This document shows, piece after piece, positions 7,983-14,726 of a DNA stretch of 24,000 bases; position 1 is the first letter of the stretch; each line of letters starts with the position of its first letter. Source of the DNA: an uncultured Acidimicrobiaceae bacterium (lineage in GTDB: Bacteria > Actinomycetota > Acidimicrobiia > Acidimicrobiales > RAAP-2); contig CAWEZI010000005.1 of assembly GCA_963813525.1 (NCBI GenBank), positions 174,798 through 198,797 of the forward strand. Reading direction: 5' to 3'. Under the pieces are notes generated by a model. The model did no database searches and had not been told where the DNA came from. It worked only from the letters and a program-made list of their open reading frames with translations. The position numbers and the translations under genes were made by a program.

Positions 7983-8348
7983 GTGCGCACACTTCGAGGC
8001 AGGCGTGAGATGTGGCCTTCCTTCGATCGGAGGCTCTTGTCGTTGCGCAGAGCACTCGCGACCTCGCACCTGGGTTCGCACGAACAGATTGGAGACAGCG
8101 TGAACGTGTACTGCTTAGGTGGTCTCGTTGGTGAGCTTCTGTCCGTTGAGAACGGGACGGCTCGCGTGAAGTTGGAGAACGGCTCCGTGTTGGAGACCCG
8201 AGAGGAGCACGTTCGTGAGGTCGACGGACAGTTCAACGTGGCGGGAAACGGCGACTGGGCGCAGCCCGCAGATGGAGAGGCGAGCAACGTCATCTCGTAC
8301 CCGCTACCAAAGCCGACGCCCGCTTGGGTTGAGGAGCTCATCGCGTGA
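7983..8348 (+). CDS. hypothetical protein with SH3/KOW-like core paralogous to the 7674 gene (start uncertain: GTG 7983 or ATG 8010)
   Basis: IGDSVNVYCLGGLVGELLSVENGTARVKLENG aligns by eye with VGARVLVQPYGMVGDVEAIGRGCARVR of the 7674 product. The C-terminus is acidic. Confidence 0.5.
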   Translation: MRTLRGRREMWPSFDRRLLSLRRALATSHLGSHEQIGDSVNVYCLGGLVGELLSVENGTARVKLENGSVLETREEHVREVDGQFNVAGNGDWAQPADGEASNVISYPLPKPTPAWVEELIA

Positions 8349-8769
8349 CTTCAGCCGGGGCACGCGCTGCTGCCATTGGAGGACAGACCTCTTGGGGCCA
8401 GGATGCGCACATCGCGTGGCGGGTACCTGGTATGCGTGTGCGGGGCATGTCATACGTGCTGACGTGGATGCGTCACGTGCCATCACGCGAGTGGGCCAGT
8501 TGCCGGCCGATACGCGTGCACCGAGTGCGACGACCAGTACCCTTTCGTATGTTCCCCGCATCATGTGCGCACTGGAAAGTCCGGGGGATCCGCGGGGACA
8601 CACGAGCGCCCAACGAGAACACAGGTTCACGTTACGAGCCACACGTCGCTCCAAGTGCACACCGCGTGAGACGTGAGACCGTCCCCCGAGGCCACCAGGC
8701 TTGCCCAGAGACCACCAAGTGCCCTCGATTGATGCTCACTAGCCGGTCTGGCTAATCAACCAGCACAGG

Positions 8770-9285
8770 ATGACCAAGGAGAAGATGACCATGACTGCTC
8801 AACTGCCCGTTCAGTACGTCGAGGACGGGCTCGTGATCGTGCTCGATCGTCGTCACGCGCGCTCACTCGTTCGCGCTCTCCGTTCATACGAATCGTCGCT
8901 GCTGCAGGATGGTCGACTCGACTTGGCAGACGAACTTGGGGAGATGTGGAAGTCGTTTCATCTCCACGTCGACCTCATCGAAGAAGTCGAAGACATCTTG
9001 GAGAGCCACGAAGCCAACGAGTCTGTACAATCTGATCAGCAGCCCTGGTCGGTAGCTCGCTTGGTCGCGGTCACTGGCCTCACGAAGCGCACCGTGAACC
9101 GCCGATGCGCCGAAGGCAAGTTGCGTGCGACGAAGGTTGGCGGCGAATGGCGAGTTGACCACGCTACGGCTGTCGGTTTCGTTGAGGACTGCAAGCGAAG
9201 TGCTGCAGAGCAGGACCCGATCCGCACCTCGACGATGCGCCCCGAGTCCGGCCACTTCGCCACACCTCACTACCCCTCCCGATAG
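8770..9285 (+). CDS. DNA-binding protein with C-terminal excisionase-type HTH (possible packaging/small-terminase-like or regulatory role, unproven)
   Basis: 171-aa ORF. WSVARLVAVTGLTKRTVNRRCAEGKLRATKVGGEWRVDHATAVGFV is an HTH_17-type motif. SD AAGGAG at 8776-8781 favours the ATG at 8785 or 8791 as the true start. Confidence 0.7.
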   Translation: MTKEKMTMTAQLPVQYVEDGLVIVLDRRHARSLVRALRSYESSLLQDGRLDLADELGEMWKSFHLHVDLIEEVEDILESHEANESVQSDQQPWSVARLVAVTGLTKRTVNRRCAEGKLRATKVGGEWRVDHATAVGFVEDCKRSAAEQDPIRTSTMRPESGHFATPHYPSR

Positions 9286-9293
9286 GAGAACCA

Positions 9294-9446
9294 ATGCCGT
9301 CCTCACCGGACAACACCGACCTGTCTGCGTACCAGGCTCAGGCCGACGCACGACAGGCCGCACAGCACACCGACATCCATGCGCGAACAGCTCCTCCCGA
9401 ACCCGAACCCGTTCCCGTCGCCGTCCCCGAAGTGGAGCCAAGTTGA
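9294..9446 (+). CDS. small Pro/Ala/Glu-rich protein (50 aa)
   Basis: SD AGGAGA at 9284-9289, ATG at 9294. The stop overlaps the TTG of the next ORF (TTGA at 9443-9446). It is below the ORF-track cut-off. Confidence 0.4.
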   Translation: MPSSPDNTDLSAYQAQADARQAAQHTDIHARTAPPEPEPVPVAVPEVEPS

Positions 9447-9679
9447 AGCGAACGACCGGGACGCGAACCGACAGAATCATTCGCGCTATCACCCCCGACC
9501 TACGTACCTCTCCGACCGGCACCACCGGCCCGGAGACGACCGTCTTGCGCACGACCGGCAAGGTCGCCAAGGACGACGGCACGCGGGCCATCAGCGTCAC
9601 CATCGACGGCAGCCCGGCCGTGCTCACCCTCAACAGTCACGATCTGGTGAAGCTGCTCGGCTCCACCCCACCTAAGTAG
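9443..9679 (+). CDS. small hypothetical protein (78 aa) immediately upstream of the capsid gene
   Basis: The frame is shared with track ORF 9125-9679. A TTG start is coupled to the upstream stop. Product ends ...TTVLRTTGKVAKDDGTRAISVTIDGSPAVLTLNSHDLVKLLG. It finishes 9 nt before the capsid gene ATG, and the intervening sequence contains the capsid SD. Confidence 0.4.
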   Translation: MKRTTGTRTDRIIRAITPDLRTSPTGTTGPETTVLRTTGKVAKDDGTRAISVTIDGSPAVLTLNSHDLVKLLGSTPPK

Positions 9680-9688
9680 GAGCAACGC

Positions 9689-11056
9689 ATGTCTCTCAAT
9701 GATGTCCTGATCGCCCGCCGAGCGGACGCACTCGAAGCCGCAAGTCGCCTGTCCGAAGAGGCCACGAAGCGTGGTGCCCTCCGCGACGCTGCCAATGAGC
9801 AGGCGATGGAAGACGCACTCGACACGGTCGTCGACACGGACGCAGCCTTGCGGGCGCTCTCCAACGTGAAGGTGCGCAAGGAGCCCCGCGTCTACGAGCG
9901 TGACTCCCGCCATTCGTACTTCTTCGACCGCGCAGCCGCCATTTCCTCGACGCCGATCCCCGGTCTGTCCGACCACGCAGCGAACGAGCGTCTCGCCCGT
10001 CACGAGCAGGAGGAAGCCGTCGAGCAGTCGACCGCGTTCCGCCAAGGCAAGGCGGCCCGTACTCTCGGCGCCTCAGGTGTGATCGTCAACGACTCGTCTT
10101 CGTACGCCGGTCCGGACGGCTCGATCCAAGCCCGTACAGGTGACCTCACCTCTGCGATCGCAGGTGGCCCCGTCCCAACGTGGATCTTGGACGAGTACTA
10201 CGGCGCACTGTACGCAGCGTCGCCGCTGCTGGCCCGAGTGAAGAACCTGCCGCTCCCTCCGACCGCGTTCAGTGTCACCGTCCCAGGCTTCACCGGAGCG
10301 GACGTCACGTTCGACCCGGTCGTGACGGAGAACACCGGCGTCGACGACATCATGGGGACGACCTCCGAGGACGTGACACACGACGTCTCGAGCTTCGCCG
10401 GGCAGACGATCATCAGCCAGCAGCTGCAGGACAGAGGCCCCTCATTCGACCTGTTCATCACGCAGTCCTTCGCCGAAGCGACCGCCGCCTCCATCGAAGC
10501 GCAGCTGGTCAATGGCGACGGCAGCGACAACCAGTTCCTCGGACTTCTCAACGTCCCCGGACTCGTGCCGCTCACGCCCGGCGGCCCAGGTCTCGACGTT
10601 GTTGGGTTCGCCCAGCAAGTCGGCAACTTGGTCGGCGCAGTCGCGGACACTCGCAATCGCATGCCGTCGATCATCGCGATGCGGCCGTCGCGGTACGCCT
10701 GGCTGGCCGGCATTCCCAACTCGAATGGAGTTTCGAACCAACTGCTGGGACTCGGAGGCGTGACGGACTCGGACAACGATCTCTACGGCCCGCTCGGCGG
10801 GGTTGGAGTCGTCCTTACCAACGCCATCCCGAACGACCTCGGAGACGATAACAACCAGGACGCAGTGCTGGTCCTTCGAGTGCAGGACATCCTGCTCCTC
10901 GTGTCTGACCCCATCTTCACCGTCTACGAGCAGACCTACGCAAACCAACTGAGCGTCATCCTCGGCACTCACGGTTACGCGACCGCCGTCACCGACCGCT
11001 ACCCGCTGGGCATCGGTGCACTGACCGGCGCTGGCCTCGAAGTCCCGACCTACTAG
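9689..11056 (+). CDS. phage major capsid protein, HK97 fold, with N-terminal coiled-coil scaffold (delta-like) domain
   Basis: 455 aa. The N-terminal ~110 aa are helical, Ala/Glu/Arg-rich and delta-domain-like. The body carries the HK97-family signature region AASIEAQLVNGDGSDNQFLGLLNVPGL (compare E..xLNGDG....GLL). SD is GGAG. Third-position GC is strong, roughly 75-80 percent by manual count of the 5' end. Confidence 0.85.
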   Translation: MSLNDVLIARRADALEAASRLSEEATKRGALRDAANEQAMEDALDTVVDTDAALRALSNVKVRKEPRVYERDSRHSYFFDRAAAISSTPIPGLSDHAANERLARHEQEEAVEQSTAFRQGKAARTLGASGVIVNDSSSYAGPDGSIQARTGDLTSAIAGGPVPTWILDEYYGALYAASPLLARVKNLPLPPTAFSVTVPGFTGADVTFDPVVTENTGVDDIMGTTSEDVTHDVSSFAGQTIISQQLQDRGPSFDLFITQSFAEATAASIEAQLVNGDGSDNQFLGLLNVPGLVPLTPGGPGLDVVGFAQQVGNLVGAVADTRNRMPSIIAMRPSRYAWLAGIPNSNGVSNQLLGLGGVTDSDNDLYGPLGGVGVVLTNAIPNDLGDDNNQDAVLVLRVQDILLLVSDPIFTVYEQTYANQLSVILGTHGYATAVTDRYPLGIGALTGAGLEVPTY

Positions 11057-11063
11057 GAGCAAC

Positions 11064-12026
11064 ATGGACAACCACACACGACGCAGGCTGATGCGCGAAG
11101 CAGGTCTCCCGACCGATGGCACTGAGTGGCGGTCTGCGGGGAACCCTCGACAGCTCGCTGCCGAAGCCCAAGGCATCGAGTACCGGGCCGTTCAAGCCCT
11201 GCACGCTGACTCAACGGACGCTTCTGTCCGCGAGCTTCAAGCGCATCTTCGCTTTGCCAAGCTGCACCCTCCATCAACGCGCACTCGCCTTCCCTGGCTC
11301 TCGACTTTCACGGACGAGAACTCCGCCAAGCTGCGCAACATCGAGGTGAACAGCGCTGCCACCATCGTCGAGCTGGTCCAGCGCGGTTCTACTCCTGCCC
11401 AAGCAGCTCGCGTCGTCACCTCACAGACCCGCCAACTGTACCGAGACGAAGCCGCTGCCGAAGCCATCTGGCTCCGAGTAGCGGAACTTGCCGAGCACAA
11501 GACGAAGCGCAACGAGCGGAAGGGCCGACGCAAGTCCTTCGCCGAACGACCGCGCCTCGTTCAAGAGGGCTGTCAAGCGTCTCGATGCCGCTCCGAAGCC
11601 ACCGCTCGTTTCGGATGTCGGCTTCGTCTCAGTCGACGGTCCTGCGTCCCCGACAGCGGGTCGTCAGAGCATCCGCAACAACTCGTCCAGCCGCCCACTC
11701 GGCGGCCATCGAAGAGGATCACAATCATGAGCTGCGTCATCAGCGTTCCAGCAGGTTCAACGGCGGTGGCCAGCGGAGTCGTCCTCGACAACGAAGTACC
11801 GCTCACCACCCACACCGGGGTGTGCACAGGGTCTTCCGGCATCGAGTCAGGAGCATGTACGCTCGACGTCAGCCAAGACGGAGTGGAGTGGATCAGCACC
11901 GCGCTCGCCGCTACCGCCTCTACGGTCACCAAGGCGACAGTCACGGGCGCTTACCGCTTCGTGCGAGCTTCCATCGGCACCACCATCGAAGGCGGTTCCG
12001 TTGAGGTGACGGTGGCTTCTGTCTAG
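11064..12026 (+). CDS. hypothetical protein(s): a 320-codon open frame that may be two genes or a fusion (N-terminal HTH-like part; C-terminal beta-rich ~99-aa part with its own SD/ATG at 11727)
   Basis: SD GGAG precedes the ATG at 11064. The N-part contains NSAATIVELVQRGSTPAQAARVV (HTH-like). In segment 11520-11726 third-position GC is equal in all three frames (about 64 percent), and all three frames are open from 11585 to 11727. SD GAAGAGGA precedes the ATG at 11727, giving MSCVISVPAGSTAVASGVVLD...VEVTVASV. Confidence 0.5.
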   Translation: MDNHTRRRLMREAGLPTDGTEWRSAGNPRQLAAEAQGIEYRAVQALHADSTDASVRELQAHLRFAKLHPPSTRTRLPWLSTFTDENSAKLRNIEVNSAATIVELVQRGSTPAQAARVVTSQTRQLYRDEAAAEAIWLRVAELAEHKTKRNERKGRRKSFAERPRLVQEGCQASRCRSEATARFGCRLRLSRRSCVPDSGSSEHPQQLVQPPTRRPSKRITIMSCVISVPAGSTAVASGVVLDNEVPLTTHTGVCTGSSGIESGACTLDVSQDGVEWISTALAATASTVTKATVTGAYRFVRASIGTTIEGGSVEVTVASV

Positions 12027-12052
12027 AACGCCGGAGCGGTTCACCCCCGGTA

Positions 12053-12088
12053 GCGGGCGGTTGGTGATTGGTCTCGCGGGCCGCCCGC
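12053..12088 (+). terminator. GC-rich stem-loop after the capsid module (possible terminator)
   Basis: GCGGGCGG (12053-12060) pairs with CCGCCCGC (12081-12088) with a 20-nt loop, 27 nt after the stop at 12026. There is no U-tract. Confidence 0.3.
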
Positions 12089-12360
12089 AACTTCGCCTGT
12101 CGAACCTCCCTCCTTGGTCAACGACAGACGACGACAGGTTCCTTTCCCCGTCGCAGCGTTGAAGCGCGGCCGAGGCGTCACGAACCTCTGCTGATGACTC
12201 CGCACTCTCACGCCCGGTCATCATTCACGTGGCCGGGCGTGAGTGGTCCCTCGGGATGGTCCCAGTCTGGCGTCTGGGGACAGATTGTGGTTCCTATCGC
12301 CGTCCCGATTCCTCAGTCACTCCGGTGGCCCGCCAACTACTGAGCCCATCCTTGCCATCC

Positions 12361-12400
12361 ATGAACACCATGAAGACCATGAAGACCATGAAGACCATGA
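12361..12400 (+). repeat. 9-bp tandem repeat ATGAAGACC (about 4.4 copies), each unit carrying an ATG in frame with the downstream gene
   Basis: The sequence is ATGAACACC ATGAAGACC ATGAAGACC ATGAAGACC ATGA. It ends 38 nt upstream of the SD-supported ATG at 12439. Confidence 0.9.
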
Positions 12401-12438
12401 TATCCTTGGATTGTTGGAATCTAAGGATAGGAGCAGAT

Positions 12439-12759
12439 ATGGATAAAGCAGTTCCGAACGGGCTGTGCTGGTGCGATTGCGGGGGGCATCCGAACTCGGG
12501 CTCCTTCTTTCTCCCCGGCCACGACAAGCGAGCCGAGCGGTACTTGGCGATCATCGAAAACTCGGAGCCCATCGCTGACCGCCTGGCAGCCAAGGGATAC
12601 ATTCCCGGAAAGAAGAGCTTGCGAGATGACACGTTGGAGGCCGACGACTCCTACGAGGAGTGCGGTCGCCTGACGCTCGACGGCGATCCGTGTTTGGTCA
12701 TCGGGAAGGGCATCGGGATGCGCCGGCATCGGGCCGACGACACTCGCCACACCGTGTAA
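12439..12759 (+). CDS. small Cys-rich protein with CWCDCGG...FFLPGHDKR motif (putative zinc-binding, function unknown)
   Basis: 106 aa. SD GGATAGGAG at 12424-12432, ATG at 12439. The motif LCWCDCGGHPNSGSFFLPGHDKRAE resembles a recurrent uncharacterised CxCGCG...F.PGHD.R family that I recall from actinobacteria and their phages. A terminator hairpin follows. Confidence 0.65.
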   Translation: MDKAVPNGLCWCDCGGHPNSGSFFLPGHDKRAERYLAIIENSEPIADRLAAKGYIPGKKSLRDDTLEADDSYEECGRLTLDGDPCLVIGKGIGMRRHRADDTRHTV

Positions 12760-12784
12760 CCGCTCGCAAAAACAAGCAGTAACG

Positions 12785-12816
12785 AGAAGGGCCGTGCCTC
12801 CGGGTGCGGCCCTTCT
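12785..12816 (+). terminator. intrinsic terminator-like hairpin (could act bidirectionally)
   Basis: AGAAGGGCCG (12785-12794), a 12-nt loop, then CGGCCCTTCT (12807-12816): a perfect 10-bp stem followed by GTCGTTCTCGTT. It lies 26 nt after the stop at 12759. Confidence 0.55.
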
Positions 12817-12890
12817 GTCGTTCTCGTTAGCAGGTAGCCTCGTTTTCGAGGTGGCAAGTCCGGGATTGTTAGGGCACGGCGAGGGTCTAT

Positions 12891-13046
12891 ATGGCTGGCG
12901 AGAAGGTCAATGTCCAATCAAATGGCAAACCTCCTCCACGGTGGCGGTGGATATGCACCTGCGGGAACATTGGGAAGTGGGCGACCTACGCTCAGGCGAA
13001 GGTCCGAGGAGAGTCTCACCTCGGAAGTCATCGACTCCGTGATTGA
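12891..13046 (+). CDS. possible small protein (51 aa) with WICTCG motif
   Basis: ATG at 12891 preceded by GAGGG 5 nt upstream. Product is MAGEKVNVQSNGKPPPRWRWICTCGNIGKWATYAQAKVRGESHL.... It is below the ORF-track cut-off, has weak codon bias, and is convergent with vsr. Confidence 0.25.
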   Translation: MAGEKVNVQSNGKPPPRWRWICTCGNIGKWATYAQAKVRGESHLGSHRLRD

Positions 13047-13051
13047 AGCGG

Positions 13052-13501
13052 TCAGGTTGGGCGACGGCTCCGTACAGCTCTAGCAATTCGATCGGCTGCT
13101 TCAGTCGCGGATTCGTGCTCCCACACCCGAATCGGCAGCCACCCAGCCTCGATGAGCCGCTCGTCCGTGTCTGCGTCCCGTTCGCGGTTACGCTCGATCT
13201 TCTCAGGCCAGTACCAACCGTTGACCTTGTGCTCACGCCGCCCGTGCTCCGGGCATCCGTGCCAGAAACACCCGTCGGCGAAGGCGGCGACGCGGGCCTT
13301 TCTGAATACAAGATCTGCTGTCCTGCGCAGTTCGGGCAATGGACGAACGTTGACGCGATATCGGAGCCCGTTGGCATGAACCGCACGGCGGAGCGCCAGC
13401 TCGGGCTTCGTGCCCCGCGACAACTGTGCCTGCATCTTTCTCCGCACGAGCGGCGAACTCGCGAATGGCAGTCGCGGATTCTCCAATGTTGAGCCTGTCA
13501 T
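13052..13501 (-). CDS. vsr: very short patch repair endonuclease (Vsr)
   Basis: 149 aa with TKPELALRRAVHANGLRYR...ADLVF...AAFADGCFWHGCPEH...W..KIERNRERD...GW..IRVWEHE, the canonical Vsr motif set. The start overlaps the upstream stop (TAATG). Confidence 0.92.
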   Translation of the reverse strand: MTGSTLENPRLPFASSPLVRRKMQAQLSRGTKPELALRRAVHANGLRYRVNVRPLPELRRTADLVFRKARVAAFADGCFWHGCPEHGRREHKVNGWYWPEKIERNRERDADTDERLIEAGWLPIRVWEHESATEAADRIARAVRSRRPT

Positions 13502-13818
13502 TACCGCCGAGGTTTGCGTGGCGACCCAGGCTTATACGAAAACACTCCAGGCCGGACTCTCTGGAAGCGAGCATCGTTCCAAAGTGCGGTGTAGACGTTT
13601 TTGCGCCTCTCCTTCAACGTGTCCCCACGCAACACAGCGCCTCCGTGGCGAAGGACAGTCCAGAAGTCATCCATGGATAGCTCGGAAAGCCCGTGCTCAG
13701 TGATATAGTCGATGAAGATCTGACGAATCTCTTCCCTGCTCATGTAGTTCGTCGTGTCGACGAAGTTGTCGATCTCATTGAAGTCAATCAAAAGCCCGTC
13801 TCCAGCAGTTTTTTCCAC
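13501..13818 (-). CDS. small HARE-HTH-like protein embedded in the RM operon (start GTG 13818 or ATG 13743)
   Basis: MSREEIRQIFIDYITEHGLSELSMDDFWTVLRHGG...KNVYTALWNDARFQRVRPGVFSYK fits the HARE-HTH pattern (...L..D.RF..v..G.y.l) as I remember it. With the GTG start it overlaps the upstream gene by 31 nt. Confidence 0.6.
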   Translation of the reverse strand: MEKTAGDGLLIDFNEIDNFVDTTNYMSREEIRQIFIDYITEHGLSELSMDDFWTVLRHGGAVLRGDTLKERRKNVYTALWNDARFQRVRPGVFSYKPGSPRKPRR

Positions 13819-14663
13819 ATGTCGTCACCTGGTTGGATCTGGTACTGGGATCTGAAGTCGGATGCCAGTTCCGTCTTTTTCCCTTTCAACAGGTCATCGA
13901 TCGGTTTGCCGGCCTCGGCGGCGAACATTGCTTCACCTTCGGCCATTCCGTTGAAGATATCGACGTGGGCGTCCTCGTAGCCGGCCAGCCAATCCCAGAA
14001 CTCTCTGCCAACAAGGATCGCCACCTTGTCGTCGGGATAATCGCCTTTGACAATGTCGGGCTTATTGGAGAGCTGCTCTCTTCGCCCATAGCTGACTGCG
14101 TAGATGACCGGATCATTCCCATGCGTAACAAATCCGGCGACGTTTGCATGCATTTGGTGTGCCATCGTGTCGTTGATCGTCATGGGCCCAGCCTTTATCG
14201 AGACCAAGTGCCTTTTTACCTCACCTGTGGCCGGGTTCGGCTTTGTGGCTTCCTTGTCGATTTCCTTGAAAGCTTCCCACTGGTGATCATCCTCACGCTC
14301 GGGAGGTGTAATCGCTCCGAAAAGAGGCGGCAGGTACAGGTCAACTAACCAGCCGTACGCCGTTTCGTTCCCTGCCACGAGAGTGGCATTGACCACGTAT
14401 TCGATTACGTCTTCAGGAGTGTCCAAGCCGTGTATCTGCCGGATCGTTCTAAGCATCAAGATGTTTAGGCTGAGATCCTTCAGCTTGAGCTTTTTGATTT
14501 TCCCATAGCGCCTTGTCAGAAAGTCGCGAGTCTCGCCCGCAACGAGCGTTCGGATCTTCGCTCGCCGTTCTTCGAGCGGCAATGCGGCAGCAGCTTGTCC
14601 GAGGGCCACTCGAGCAGCTTCTCCTGCCTTGACTGCGTCGGATCGCTTCTTTGGACCGGCCAT
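13788..14663 (-). CDS. putative type II restriction endonuclease partner of the adjacent m5C methyltransferase
   Basis: 291 aa. SD GGTGGGAG lies 4 nt before the ATG. It is located between the MTase and vsr on the same strand. A possible PD-(D/E/S)xK-like element is IDKEA...EVKRHLVSIKAGP (SxK as in the Cfr10I-type variant). The assignment rests on context plus a weak motif. Confidence 0.55.
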   Translation of the reverse strand: MAGPKKRSDAVKAGEAARVALGQAAAALPLEERRAKIRTLVAGETRDFLTRRYGKIKKLKLKDLSLNILMLRTIRQIHGLDTPEDVIEYVVNATLVAGNETAYGWLVDLYLPPLFGAITPPEREDDHQWEAFKEIDKEATKPNPATGEVKRHLVSIKAGPMTINDTMAHQMHANVAGFVTHGNDPVIYAVSYGRREQLSNKPDIVKGDYPDDKVAILVGREFWDWLAGYEDAHVDIFNGMAEGEAMFAAEAGKPIDDLLKGKKTELASDFRSQYQIQPGDDMWKKLLETGF

Positions 14664-14726
14664 GTGGCTCCCACCTCAATCCCAACCTTTGGGAGCCTAG
14701 TGACTGAGCGGGAGGGAGACTGGTGA

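Noticed and set aside
7966-8103. 45-aa ORF (VTVEATCAHFEAGVRCGLPSIGGSCRCAEH...) with four Cys residues and GTGA overlaps at both ends, suggesting a coupled zinc-ribbon mini-gene.
   Set aside because: It overlaps the 7983/8010-8348 frame, which has equal or better codon bias. That frame's conserved beta-barrel core needs the N-terminal residues encoded there (EQIGDSVNVY). I cannot support both genes, so I kept the longer one.
8345-8755. 136-aa ORF whose GTG start overlaps the upstream stop (GTGA), looking like another coupled gene.
   Set aside because: Third-position GC is no higher than in the alternative 8215-8676 frame. The product is Trp/Arg/His/Cys-rich and implausible. I treat the region as probably non-coding, and it is reported as a finding rather than a feature.
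9689-11056. Whether the lone HK97-fold protein is an encapsulin shell rather than a phage capsid protein.
   Set aside because: At 455 aa with an N-terminal coiled-coil delta-like domain, and with integrase, Xis, primase and iterons around it, it points to a virus-derived mobile element. No cargo-enzyme gene with a targeting peptide is adjacent.
12361-12400. The tandem repeat considered as a CRISPR array or minisatellite.
   Set aside because: The units are 9 bp with no spacers and there are only about 4 copies. This is not CRISPR architecture. It is reported as a simple tandem repeat.
12907-13386. 159-aa minus-strand ORF and the 13043-13492 plus-strand ORF overlapping vsr.
   Set aside because: The Vsr frame (13052-13501) carries the complete canonical motif set. 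The overlapping frames give Ser/Arg/Pro-rich sequences with no motifs.
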